NCBI GenBank assembly: GCA_965202585.1
Contig: OZ241832.1
Location: forward strand, 54,374,001 to 54,438,000
DNA length: 64,000 nucleotides
Source: Thalia democratica
Lineage: Eukaryota
Direction of reading: 5' to 3'
Below are positions 36,853 to 51,292 of this stretch, piece after piece. The notes under the pieces were generated by a model. That model searched no databases, had not been told where the DNA came from, and saw nothing but the letters and a program-made list of their open reading frames with translations. Made by a program: the position numbers and the translations under genes. The first letter of the stretch is position 1. Every line of letters begins with the position of its first letter.

Positions 36853-39800
36853 GTTGAATGAAAATTAAAGCGACCAAAACCTTACTTGCAAGAGTTACTG
36901 ACTGTGACGAATTGACTGTTGAGCAGTTATGTTTTGCAAGGTACCTTTTACTTCTTAATACAAGCATTATCACGTTTGTTTAAGACACATATGCTTATAA
37001 AAACTTAGTTGTCTTATTACGAATGTTGAAAAAGTTCCAGTAAGAAAGAAACCATATCTAACTTGTTCTGAAAGTAACTTTTTTTAAAACATTAGTTTGA
37101 AAAGTCCAGAAATAACAGCCTGTATCTTACAGCACACCTCTAAATATATTAAGAAAAACATAAATGAAAAAAAAACATGTTAGCACACTTCCGACTGAAT
37201 TTTCCTTTGCCGCTCGCCTAAAGTAATAAAATTTTAACAAAGCACAAGGTTTTTTTACCTCAAACTTAAACAAAGTTTCATTATTTCGATTTCATGGAGT
37301 TTTGTAAATCGTAAGTTCTATCAAGTGTGTTCAAGTTAATTACATTTTAAACTAATGTGTTAAAAGTAATTCCAAAAAATAAAAGCGTTCATTTTGTTTA
37401 GCTTTACTAGTTATGATTACTCAAAATATACTCATAAGCAATATACTCAAAACTTTTATTAAAATTTTTTTTTTTATTAAACTATTTTTTTTATGTTGCA
37501 CATACTAGTAACTTACCTTACAACAATGTTTTCCAAACAACCTTTCAAAAACGTACAGTAACTATGATCATACTTGTTTGAAAATTATAAACTACTTTTA
37601 AACAAAATTTTTCGGTGTATATGAAAAACTAGTTTAACAAGTAAGTAGTTCAACATTAAATTAGCATTTCAAACAACTGATTCAAGCTGTTATACAGTTT
37701 AAAAAATACCGATGCAATTTTGCTCGTTACACTTAAACCTTGATCAAACTAAGAACTTATTCTTTGCAGATTTCAACCGAACAAAGTGTGCTGATAAAAG
37801 TGAACAAATGGATTTGGTTGTAAATTTTTCAAACAAAATAAAGTCAATTAGATTCAAAGAAATAAATAAGTCGAAAAAGCTTATGAAAACTAGCACTGAA
37901 TATGAACTTAAACAAAAGTTGATATTTTTTGGACGAAAAATTTTACGTAAAAAAAGAGGTTGGTTTATTTTTTAAGCAGTATTAAGATACAAAGGGTAGT
38001 AAACAAAATAAAAACGAGTAAAGAAATCGAAAAGAAAAGCTTTTGAAATAAGGTTGACAAACGTTAGTGTTTGAATACAGCTTTGTTTACAATCAGAACT
38101 CATAAGCTTTCAAATTATCTTTAAAAAATAATGCAATTAAGCTTTTTTTTTTCAAACTTTGTTTTGTCACTTCTCATAAATTTAAAGTTAATCGAAACAA
38201 CATAGAACAACTTATTACTTTCTTGACACATATTTTGAAACAACAACAGTACTGTTTATTAAAGTTTACGATTGAAGTGTTTACCAAGTTAAACATGTGT
38301 TTAATTCAGTTTAAGTTGCTTTACTGCTAAAACTAGTTTCTTAGTTTACTCAACCTAGATTAATCATAAAGTTCTGTACAATTGCTTTCATTGACTCGTT
38401 ACTAGTTATCACTAACTTACTATTAATGTAGTTCAGAACACAACTTAGGATAAGCTACATTTTATTCTCGGATGTCGTTCAGAACATAGCTGTTGTAGCA
38501 ACAACATACAGATTTGAAAGAAAATCTCATTATCTTACTCAATTATAAATTATATAAAACAAGGTCTTTGCTTGACTCAAAGCTTTATGTTTGCCTATTA
38601 CGAAACTTGTACTATCATATAATAAGCTGTGAAAAAATGAAGGCTAAAAAAGTTTTATTTTTGCTTTGTCCAAATTTTTTTTCTTCTTTAGATTTACAAA
38701 AACTGCATAGCTTAAAGCAACAAGTTACAGTAATTTTAATTTTCTTATGTATAGCGTACAAAAGAGTTACAAATAAGTGGTAGCAAGTTTTTTACTTCTT
38801 TTCTTTGTATCATGTTTCACCTAATCATTTGGTTTATTTCGTATGCATGACAAGATAGGCAGCCTTAAACCAACCAAGTAGATGTAAGCTTAGTAAAATT
38901 AAATATTTAATTGTACAAGTTCATCATTTTATTAAAGTATTTTGTTGTGTTAAATTGTGTACCTGGTAATAGTGTTCTCTTTCTTTTGAACAATCGATCA
39001 TGTTTACATTTATGTGTTATATCAGATTTGAATTGTTAAGAATGTTTCAGTTGTAATTGAACAGTTTTTTTTTAAGGACATTAAAAATTGTTTGTTGTTA
39101 ACAGCTTAAAACGTTTTCAGTTGTTAAGTCAAAGTTTTATTTCTATTTCTGTTTAAGCGTATTATTTTCATTGAAAAATATAACTAGTTTTTACAATGAC
39201 GTAGGCACAGCTTTTTTTAATAAACTAAAAAAAATGAAATATTGAATTAAAAAAATGTCCACAAAGTAAGCATGAATAAGAATAAGTTTTATTTTGAAAA
39301 GAAAATTAAACGGAAAAAGCCTACGAAAAGGACACTCAAGTTAGTTAAAGCTTTTCACTAAGCATTCAGTAATAGTAAGCAATAAAGTAAGGATTAGGGC
39401 ATCTAGCTAGAGTTCCCTTCTTAACAGCTGCACAAAAAAAGTAAAGTAGAGAAATTGTAGCAAGCTAGGTATTTAATAAATAATAGATTTATAGTTTGGA
39501 ACGAAATGGTTTATGATTCTTTACCACCACAAAGTTGATTAAGTATGTACATTTGTGTTGTTGAGTCTAGTAGTCAATAGTAGCTTGTGTAATTAATTGG
39601 TGATCCACCTAACCTTTAAATTTAAAAAGTACATAGCTTAAAACAAACAAGTATAGTCGTTTTGAGTTGTCTCAAACATAGTTTAAAAAAGAGTTACAAA
39701 AAATGGTAAAAAAGTGTTCTTTTTTTTACCTTTGAATCATGTCGTTATTTGGCATAGCCACAGAAAAAAAAGTTCAACAAAACAAGTATGAGCTTTGTAA

Positions 39801-41333
39801 ACAGAAAGATTATTTCAATAGTACGTTTGTTTTAAACAATCACTGTTGTTTACATTAGTTTAATTGTTCAACTTTTAAACACCTTTGTACTGTTTCATTT
39901 GCATTCTGATAAATAAGACTAATACACTTTTGACAATCAAACCTCCGTTAAATTAATACCATTGAGTATTTTTAAATATCAATGTAAAGTTTTCTTCTCA
40001 TTTATTATAATGTCTTACTTAAGCATAATTTTTTATTTAGTATCGTTGTTTTTTTATTAAACTAACCACAAATATCTATTGAGTGTTTGATAAACAAGTC
40101 TAAAAAGTTAATTGAACCAGAGTGAGTTTTGTTTAAACAACACGTTAAACAAGAAGATGCCCATTGAAAAAACTTTTTTACCTAACATTTAAATAGTAGT
40201 GAAGCAGAAAAACATGTTCTACGGTTTAAGCTCATTATCAAGAATAGTTTAAAATGAAAAGTAAAACTACAAAAACTGAAGTAAGTGTAACTAACTGGTA
40301 AAAATAAAAACAGAGAAATTCTGTTTTGAAAATTTATTTACAAGTTATTGAAGTACACTAACTTTTTTACCAACACGCACAATGTAGATATAAATTTGTA
40401 CATTTTTTTGTCGCTTAGCTAGAGCTTGTTTGACATTCTTTACTCGACATTAGTAGCTGGTCAAATCAATTGGTGGTCCTGATTACTTTAGATTTGTAGA
40501 AACATGACTTTAAGCAAACTATTAGAGTTGTTTTAGGTCATCAATTTGTCTCATTTCTAATTAAAACAAGTAACTTTTACTTTGAAAACTAGCATAATAA
40601 GTACAAGCAGTTAATCTTTTGTGTTTTACCAATAATGAGCTGGTTTGTTTTATGTGTTTATGTTTTGAATTGAAAATGTTTCTTAAACAAGGTAAACAGA
40701 AGTTAACTTTGAAAGAAGGAATATTTAATTTGAAAAAGACATTTATTATTTTTTGTTTTGAACAATCACTTTTAATTCATTTATGCATTCTTATGTTTTC
40801 AAAATGTGTTACATGGCCTCAATTGCAATTAAATTGATAAGAAGGAAAAACGTTTAAAAAGTTAAAGCTCGGTTGTTTTAATAATAATCAACAACAACTT
40901 AAAATGAATACTAAGTTTTTGCTTGTTATAAGTGATATAAATTTCTGTTTAAAAAGTTTTGTAACTTATTGAATGCTTTTACAGAACTTCAACAAACGAA
41001 TAAAAAAAATGTTACGTACAAAAAGTATTCAGATGAAAAATCTTACGGACAACATAATCAAGTTAGTTAAGCCTCATTTAATTACAAGTACTACTACTGT
41101 TTTGTGAATAAGACTAATGCAATGCTTTTTCTACAATATAACGAGTTACAAATTTATTAAGTGTTTGAAACAAAAAATAGTTTGTTCATTCAAGTGTATG
41201 AGTTTTTAATTTACACGAATAAGAACTTATTTGTACTAAGCTTACATTCTTAACTGTAGCTTGTACTTTAAGTAAATACCAAAAGCTGGTTCTATTCTAA
41301 TGGTGGTCCTGAAAAGGACCGGTTGTTGAGCGT

Positions 41334-41693
41334 TTATTTTGAGCTGGTGTACTTGGTAACAGCTTTAGTACCTTCTGAAACTGCGTGCTTTGACAACTCG
41401 CCGGGGAGCAAAAGCCTGACAGCAGTTTGGATTTCGCGGCTGCTAACAGTAGACCTCTTGTTGTAATGAGCCAAACGTGAAGCCTCTGCTGCAATGCGCT
41501 CGAAGATGTCGTTGACAAAAGAGTTCATGATTCCCATCGCCTTGCTGGAGATTCCGGTGTCGGGGTGCACTTGCTTCAAAACTTTGTACACGTAGATGCC
41601 AAAGCTTTCTTTGTTCCTCCTCCTTCGCTTCTTCTTGCCGTCGACCGGAGCGGTCTTGGCTACTGACTTCTTCGCGCTTTTGGTTGCTGTCAT
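41334..41693 (-). CDS. H2B: Histone H2B (U6)
   Basis: Same protein as U1. Confidence 0.98.
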   Translation of the reverse strand: MTATKSAKKSVAKTAPVDGKKKRRRRNKESFGIYVYKVLKQVHPDTGISSKAMGIMNSFVNDIFERIAAEASRLAHYNKRSTVSSREIQTAVRLLLPGELSKHAVSEGTKAVTKYTSSK

Positions 41694-41857
41694 GATGATG
41701 TGTGAACTTCAGTCTCGGCGCCGGTTTATATCCTGAAAAATTATGCAAATTAGCAGAGTTCCGTACGCGAACGATAGCTTGTTTCTCTCACTTCACAATT
41801 CTCTCGTTTGTTGTAAATACTTTTGGTGGTCCTGAAAAGGACCTGGTTTTTTTTAAC

Positions 41858-42238
41858 TTAGGCTGACTTTTTTGAAGCGGTCTTCTTAGGCAACAGTACT
41901 GCCTGGATGTTTGGAAGAACACCACCTTGAGCAATTGTGACGCCGCCGAGAAGTTTGTTCAACTCTTCGTCGTTGCGAATAGCTAGTTGCAAATGGCGAG
42001 GAATGATCCTGCTTTTCTTGTTGTCACGAGCAGCGTTACCGGCAAGCTCGAGCACTTCTGCGCTCAAGTACTCGAGAACGGCAGCCAGATAAACTGGAGC
42101 ACCAGCTCCGACTCTTTGGCTGTAGTTGCCGGTGCGCAACAGGCGGTGCACGCGACCGACTGGAAACTGCAGTCCTGCACGGGAAGACCTGCTCTTCGGC
42201 TTAGATTTGAGTTTTGATCCTTTACCACGTCCTGACAT
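41858..42238 (-). CDS. H2A: Histone H2A (U6), start corrected
   Basis: Same protein as U1. Confidence 0.97.
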   Translation of the reverse strand: MSGRGKGSKLKSKPKSRSSRAGLQFPVGRVHRLLRTGNYSQRVGAGAPVYLAAVLEYLSAEVLELAGNAARDNKKSRIIPRHLQLAIRNDEELNKLLGGVTIAQGGVLPNIQAVLLPKKTASKKSA

Positions 42239-42420
42239 TTTGTTGTTCGAATGATTGTGATGATAGCTTGCACAGCTCAATATAAAACTCATACCTAACC
42301 GCGTCGAACGAACAACTAATTTGCATATGTCATAGCTAATGCTAATCTTGTCAAAAATGTTGTAAAAACTTTTATATTGAATTAGGTGGTCCTAAAAAGG
42401 ACCGGGTTTGCTAAAAGCGA

Positions 42421-42768
<348 letters not shown>

Positions 42769-42920
42769 TTATATACAAGCTGTTACGGACGCGTACGGTT
42801 ACTATTAAACTAATTTGCATACTCAAAAAAGTCTCTTAACTTACATCTTTTCGTTTGCTTTCTTTTTCTCACTATCAAAGTTTTAAGGTGGCCCTGAAAA
42901 GGACCGGTTTTAGCTAACGC

Positions 42921-43412
<492 letters not shown>

Positions 43413-43511
43413 CTAATTTGCATATTTTCAACTTAGCATTGTTTATGCATTTTGAGTTGCGTTATACTTTGTTTGAGTGGTCCTAAAAAGGACCTTGGGT
43501 AAAAGAACAAC

Positions 43512-44072
43512 TTATTTTTTGCAGCTCTTCTTCTTGGATGCTTTTTTGGCTGCCGGCTTCTTCTTGGTTACTTTCTTCTTCTTGCTTGCAGCTTTTTTAG
43601 ATGCTGCCTTCTTAGGAGCGCACTTTTTAGCAGGTCGCTTTTTGGCTGCTGGTTTTTTTGCAGCCTTCTTGGGAGCACACTTCTTTTTTGGTTTTTTAAC
43701 TGCGGCCTTCTTTGCTGCTGGCTTTTTAGCTACTTTTTTTGTCCTCTTCTTGGGCCCAGCAGCTGGCATTGGAGCAAGCTTGAACGAGCCAGAAGCGCCT
43801 TTTCCAGTTGTCTGGAGAAAAGCACCTTTGGTCACGCCGCTGGTAAGTGCTCTCTTCAAGTGAGAATTGGAAGCTGTGAGGTCAAGCTTGTAGGTGTCCG
43901 CGATATACTTTTGTATCTTCTGGCGGGATGTACCTTTTCGTTCCTTCATTGCTCCAAGGGCAGAGCTAATCATTTCCCTGTAAGTAGGGTGCTCTGCCTT
44001 CTTGGCGCTTGGTCTCTTGGAAGACCTGGCTGCGGCTGGCGCTGGTACTGCTGCTACTGCTGTGGTAGACAT
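43512..44072 (-). CDS. H1: Linker histone H1 (U7)
   Basis: Same protein as U1. Confidence 0.97.
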   Translation of the reverse strand: MSTTAVAAVPAPAAARSSKRPSAKKAEHPTYREMISSALGAMKERKGTSRQKIQKYIADTYKLDLTASNSHLKRALTSGVTKGAFLQTTGKGASGSFKLAPMPAAGPKKRTKKVAKKPAAKKAAVKKPKKKCAPKKAAKKPAAKKRPAKKCAPKKAASKKAASKKKKVTKKKPAAKKASKKKSCKK

Positions 44073-47000
44073 GTTGAATGAAAATTAAAGCGACCAAAAC
44101 CTTACTTGCAAGAGTTACTGACTGTGACGAATTGACTGTTGAGCAGTTATGTTTTGCAAGGTACCTTTTACTTCTTAATACAAGCATTATCACGTTTGTT
44201 TAAGACACATATGCTTATAAAAACTTAGTTGTCTTATTACGAATGTTGAAAAAGTTCCAGTAAGAAAGAAACCATATCTAACTTGTTCTGAAAGTAACTT
44301 TTTTTAAAACATTAGTTTGAAAAGTCCAGAAATAACAGCCTGTATCTTACAGCACACCTCTAAATATATTAAGAAAAACATAAATGAAAAAAAAACATGT
44401 TAGCACACTTCCGACTGAATTTTCCTTTGCCGCTCGCCTAAAGTAATAAAATTTTAACAAAGCACAAGGTTTTTTTACCTCAAACTTAAACAAAGTTTCA
44501 TTATTTCGATTTCATGGAGTTTTGTAAATCGTAAGTTCTATCAAGTGTGTTCAAGTTAATTACATTTTAAACTAATGTGTTAAAAGTAATTCCAAAAAAT
44601 AAAAGCGTTCATTTTGTTTAGCTTTACTAGTTATGATTACTCAAAATATACTCATAAGCAATATACTCAAAACTTTTATTAAAATTTTTTTTTTTATTAA
44701 ACTATTTTTTTTATGTTGCACATACTAGTAACTTACCTTACAACAATGTTTTCCAAACAACCTTTCAAAAACGTACAGTAACTATGATCATACTTGTTTG
44801 AAAATTATAAACTACTTTTAAACAAAATTTTTCGGTGTATATGAAAAACTAGTTTAACAAGTAAGTAGTTCAACATTAAATTAGCATTTCAAACAACTGA
44901 TTCAAGCTGTTATACAGTTTAAAAAATACCGATGCAATTTTGCTCGTTACACTTAAACCTTGATCAAACTAAGAACTTATTCTTTGCAGATTTCAACCGA
45001 ACAAAGTGTGCTGATAAAAGTGAACAAATGGATTTGGTTGTAAATTTTTCAAACAAAATAAAGTCAATTAGATTCAAAGAAATAAATAAGTCGAAAAAGC
45101 TTATGAAAACTAGCACTGAATATGAACTTAAACAAAAGTTGATATTTTTTGGACGAAAAATTTTACGTAAAAAAAGAGGTTGGTTTATTTTTTAAGCAGT
45201 ATTAAGATACAAAGGGTAGTAAACAAAATAAAAACGAGTAAAGAAATCGAAAAGAAAAGCTTTTGAAATAAGGTTGACAAACGTTAGTGTTTGAATACAG
45301 CTTTGTTTACAATCAGAACTCATAAGCTTTCAAATTATCTTTAAAAAATAATGCAATTAAGCTTTTTTTTTTCAAACTTTGTTTTGTCACTTCTCATAAA
45401 TTTAAAGTTAATCGAAACAACATAGAACAACTTATTACTTTCTTGACACATATTTTGAAACAACAACAGTACTGTTTATTAAAGTTTACGATTGAAGTGT
45501 TTACCAAGTTAAACATGTGTTTAATTCAGTTTAAGTTGCTTTACTGCTAAAACTAGTTTCTTAGTTTACTCAACCTAGATTAATCATAAAGTTCTGTACA
45601 ATTGCTTTCATTGACTCGTTACTAGTTATCACTAACTTACTATTAATGTAGTTCAGAACACAACTTAGGATAAGCTACATTTTATTCTCGGATGTCGTTC
45701 AGAACATAGCTGTTGTAGCAACAACATACAGATTTGAAAGAAAATCTCATTATCTTACTCAATTATAAATTATATAAAACAAGGTCTTTGCTTGACTCAA
45801 AGCTTTATGTTTGCCTATTACGAAACTTGTACTATCATATAATAAGCTGTGAAAAAATGAAGGCTAAAAAAGTTTTATTTTTGCTTTGTCCAAATTTTTT
45901 TTCTTCTTTAGATTTACAAAAACTGCATAGCTTAAAGCAACAAGTTACAGTAATTTTAATTTTCTTATGTATAGCGTACAAAAGAGTTACAAATAAGTGG
46001 TAGCAAGTTTTTTACTTCTTTTCTTTGTATCATGTTTCACCTAATCATTTGGTTTATTTCGTATGCATGACAAGATAGGCAGCCTTAAACCAACCAAGTA
46101 GATGTAAGCTTAGTAAAATTAAATATTTAATTGTACAAGTTCATCATTTTATTAAAGTATTTTGTTGTGTTAAATTGTGTACCTGGTAATAGTGTTCTCT
46201 TTCTTTTGAACAATCGATCATGTTTACATTTATGTGTTATATCAGATTTGAATTGTTAAGAATGTTTCAGTTGTAATTGAACAGTTTTTTTTTAAGGACA
46301 TTAAAAATTGTTTGTTGTTAACAGCTTAAAACGTTTTCAGTTGTTAAGTCAAAGTTTTATTTCTATTTCTGTTTAAGCGTATTATTTTCATTGAAAAATA
46401 TAACTAGTTTTTACAATGACGTAGGCACAGCTTTTTTTAATAAACTAAAAAAAATGAAATATTGAATTAAAAAAATGTCCACAAAGTAAGCATGAATAAG
46501 AATAAGTTTTATTTTGAAAAGAAAATTAAACGGAAAAAGCCTACGAAAAGGACACTCAAGTTAGTTAAAGCTTTTCACTAAGCATTCAGTAATAGTAAGC
46601 AATAAAGTAAGGATTAGGGCATCTAGCTAGAGTTCCCTTCTTAACAGCTGCACAAAAAAAGTAAAGTAGAGAAATTGTAGCAAGCTAGGTATTTAATAAA
46701 TAATAGATTTATAGTTTGGAACGAAATGGTTTATGATTCTTTACCACCACAAAGTTGATTAAGTATGTACATTTGTGTTGTTGAGTCTAGTAGTCAATAG
46801 TAGCTTGTGTAATTAATTGGTGATCCACCTAACCTTTAAATTTAAAAAGTACATAGCTTAAAACAAACAAGTATAGTCGTTTTGAGTTGTCTCAAACATA
46901 GTTTAAAAAAGAGTTACAAAAAATGGTAAAAAAGTGTTCTTTTTTTTACCTTTGAATCATGTCGTTATTTGGCATAGCCACAGAAAAAAAAGTTCAACAA

Positions 47001-48553
47001 AACAAGTATGAGCTTTGTAAACAGAAAGATTATTTCAATAGTACGTTTGTTTTAAACAATCACTGTTGTTTACATTAGTTTAATTGTTCAACTTTTAAAC
47101 ACCTTTGTACTGTTTCATTTGCATTCTGATAAATAAGACTAATACACTTTTGACAATCAAACCTCCGTTAAATTAATACCATTGAGTATTTTTAAATATC
47201 AATGTAAAGTTTTCTTCTCATTTATTATAATGTCTTACTTAAGCATAATTTTTTATTTAGTATCGTTGTTTTTTTATTAAACTAACCACAAATATCTATT
47301 GAGTGTTTGATAAACAAGTCTAAAAAGTTAATTGAACCAGAGTGAGTTTTGTTTAAACAACACGTTAAACAAGAAGATGCCCATTGAAAAAACTTTTTTA
47401 CCTAACATTTAAATAGTAGTGAAGCAGAAAAACATGTTCTACGGTTTAAGCTCATTATCAAGAATAGTTTAAAATGAAAAGTAAAACTACAAAAACTGAA
47501 GTAAGTGTAACTAACTGGTAAAAATAAAAACAGAGAAATTCTGTTTTGAAAATTTATTTACAAGTTATTGAAGTACACTAACTTTTTTACCAACACGCAC
47601 AATGTAGATATAAATTTGTACATTTTTTTGTCGCTTAGCTAGAGCTTGTTTGACATTCTTTACTCGACATTAGTAGCTGGTCAAATCAATTGGTGGTCCT
47701 GATTACTTTAGATTTGTAGAAACATGACTTTAAGCAAACTATTAGAGTTGTTTTAGGTCATCAATTTGTCTCATTTCTAATTAAAACAAGTAACTTTTAC
47801 TTTGAAAACTAGCATAATAAGTACAAGCAGTTAATCTTTTGTGTTTTACCAATAATGAGCTGGTTTGTTTTATGTGTTTATGTTTTGAATTGAAAATGTT
47901 TCTTAAACAAGGTAAACAGAAGTTAACTTTGAAAGAAGGAATATTTAATTTGAAAAAGACATTTATTATTTTTTGTTTTGAACAATCACTTTTAATTCAT
48001 TTATGCATTCTTATGTTTTCAAAATGTGTTACATGGCCTCAATTGCAATTAAATTGATAAGAAGGAAAAACGTTTAAAAAGTTAAAGCTCGGTTGTTTTA
48101 ATAATAATCAACAACAACTTAAAATGAATACTAAGTTTTTGCTTGTTATAAGTGATATAAATTTCTGTTTAAAAAGTTTTGTAACTTATTGAATGCTTTT
48201 ACAGAACTTCAACAAACGAATAAAAAAAATGTTACGTACAAAAAGTATTCAGATGAAAAATCTTACGGACAACATAATCAAGTTAGTTAAGCCTCATTTA
48301 ATTACAAGTACTACTACTGTTTTGTGAATAAGACTAATGCAATGCTTTTTCTACAATATAACGAGTTACAAATTTATTAAGTGTTTGAAACAAAAAATAG
48401 TTTGTTCATTCAAGTGTATGAGTTTTTAATTTACACGAATAAGAACTTATTTGTACTAAGCTTACATTCTTAACTGTAGCTTGTACTTTAAGTAAATACC
48501 AAAAGCTGGTTCTATTCTAATGGTGGTCCTGAAAAGGACCGGTTGTTGAGCGT

Positions 48554-48913
48554 TTATTTTGAGCTGGTGTACTTGGTAACAGCTTTAGTACCTTCTGAAA
48601 CTGCGTGCTTTGACAACTCGCCGGGGAGCAAAAGCCTGACAGCAGTTTGGATTTCGCGGCTGCTAACAGTAGACCTCTTGTTGTAATGAGCCAAACGTGA
48701 AGCCTCTGCTGCAATGCGCTCGAAGATGTCGTTGACAAAAGAGTTCATGATTCCCATCGCCTTGCTGGAGATTCCGGTGTCGGGGTGCACTTGCTTCAAA
48801 ACTTTGTACACGTAGATGCCAAAGCTTTCTTTGTTCCTCCTCCTTCGCTTCTTCTTGCCGTCGACCGGAGCGGTCTTGGCTACTGACTTCTTCGCGCTTT
48901 TGGTTGCTGTCAT
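48554..48913 (-). CDS. H2B: Histone H2B (U7)
   Basis: Same protein as U1. Confidence 0.98.
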   Translation of the reverse strand: MTATKSAKKSVAKTAPVDGKKKRRRRNKESFGIYVYKVLKQVHPDTGISSKAMGIMNSFVNDIFERIAAEASRLAHYNKRSTVSSREIQTAVRLLLPGELSKHAVSEGTKAVTKYTSSK

Positions 48914-49077
48914 GATGATGTGTGAACTTCAGTCTCGGCGCCGGTTTATATCCTGAAAAATTATGCAAATTAGCAGAGTTCCGTACGCGAACGATAGCTT
49001 GTTTCTCTCACTTCACAATTCTCTCGTTTGTTGTAAATACTTTTGGTGGTCCTGAAAAGGACCTGGTTTTTTTTAAC

Positions 49078-49458
49078 TTAGGCTGACTTTTTTGAAGCGG
49101 TCTTCTTAGGCAACAGTACTGCCTGGATGTTTGGAAGAACACCACCTTGAGCAATTGTGACGCCGCCGAGAAGTTTGTTCAACTCTTCGTCGTTGCGAAT
49201 AGCTAGTTGCAAATGGCGAGGAATGATCCTGCTTTTCTTGTTGTCACGAGCAGCGTTACCGGCAAGCTCGAGCACTTCTGCGCTCAAGTACTCGAGAACG
49301 GCAGCCAGATAAACTGGAGCACCAGCTCCGACTCTTTGGCTGTAGTTGCCGGTGCGCAACAGGCGGTGCACGCGACCGACTGGAAACTGCAGTCCTGCAC
49401 GGGAAGACCTGCTCTTCGGCTTAGATTTGAGTTTTGATCCTTTACCACGTCCTGACAT
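49078..49458 (-). CDS. H2A: Histone H2A (U7), start corrected
   Basis: Same protein as U1. Confidence 0.97.
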   Translation of the reverse strand: MSGRGKGSKLKSKPKSRSSRAGLQFPVGRVHRLLRTGNYSQRVGAGAPVYLAAVLEYLSAEVLELAGNAARDNKKSRIIPRHLQLAIRNDEELNKLLGGVTIAQGGVLPNIQAVLLPKKTASKKSA

Positions 49459-49640
49459 TTTGTTGTTCGAATGATTGTGATGATAGCTTGCACAGCTCAA
49501 TATAAAACTCATACCTAACCGCGTCGAACGAACAACTAATTTGCATATGTCATAGCTAATGCTAATCTTGTCAAAAATGTTGTAAAAACTTTTATATTGA
49601 ATTAGGTGGTCCTAAAAAGGACCGGGTTTGCTAAAAGCGA

Positions 49641-49988
<348 letters not shown>

Positions 49989-50140
49989 TTATATACAAGC
50001 TGTTACGGACGCGTACGGTTACTATTAAACTAATTTGCATACTCAAAAAAGTCTCTTAACTTACATCTTTTCGTTTGCTTTCTTTTTCTCACTATCAAAG
50101 TTTTAAGGTGGCCCTGAAAAGGACCGGTTTTAGCTAACGC

Positions 50141-50632
<492 letters not shown>

Positions 50633-50731
50633 CTAATTTGCATATTTTCAACTTAGCATTGTTTATGCATTTTGAGTTGCGTTATACTTTGTTTGAGTGG
50701 TCCTAAAAAGGACCTTGGGTAAAAGAACAAC

Positions 50732-51292
50732 TTATTTTTTGCAGCTCTTCTTCTTGGATGCTTTTTTGGCTGCCGGCTTCTTCTTGGTTACTTTCTTCTT
50801 CTTGCTTGCAGCTTTTTTAGATGCTGCCTTCTTAGGAGCGCACTTTTTAGCAGGTCGCTTTTTGGCTGCTGGTTTTTTTGCAGCCTTCTTGGGAGCACAC
50901 TTCTTTTTTGGTTTTTTAACTGCGGCCTTCTTTGCTGCTGGCTTTTTAGCTACTTTTTTTGTCCTCTTCTTGGGCCCAGCAGCTGGCATTGGAGCAAGCT
51001 TGAACGAGCCAGAAGCGCCTTTTCCAGTTGTCTGGAGAAAAGCACCTTTGGTCACGCCGCTGGTAAGTGCTCTCTTCAAGTGAGAATTGGAAGCTGTGAG
51101 GTCAAGCTTGTAGGTGTCCGCGATATACTTTTGTATCTTCTGGCGGGATGTACCTTTTCGTTCCTTCATTGCTCCAAGGGCAGAGCTAATCATTTCCCTG
51201 TAAGTAGGGTGCTCTGCCTTCTTGGCGCTTGGTCTCTTGGAAGACCTGGCTGCGGCTGGCGCTGGTACTGCTGCTACTGCTGTGGTAGACAT
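50732..51292 (-). CDS. H1: Linker histone H1 (U8)
   Basis: Same protein as U1. Confidence 0.97.
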   Translation of the reverse strand: MSTTAVAAVPAPAAARSSKRPSAKKAEHPTYREMISSALGAMKERKGTSRQKIQKYIADTYKLDLTASNSHLKRALTSGVTKGAFLQTTGKGASGSFKLAPMPAAGPKKRTKKVAKKPAAKKAAVKKPKKKCAPKKAAKKPAAKKRPAKKCAPKKAASKKAASKKKKVTKKKPAAKKASKKKSCKK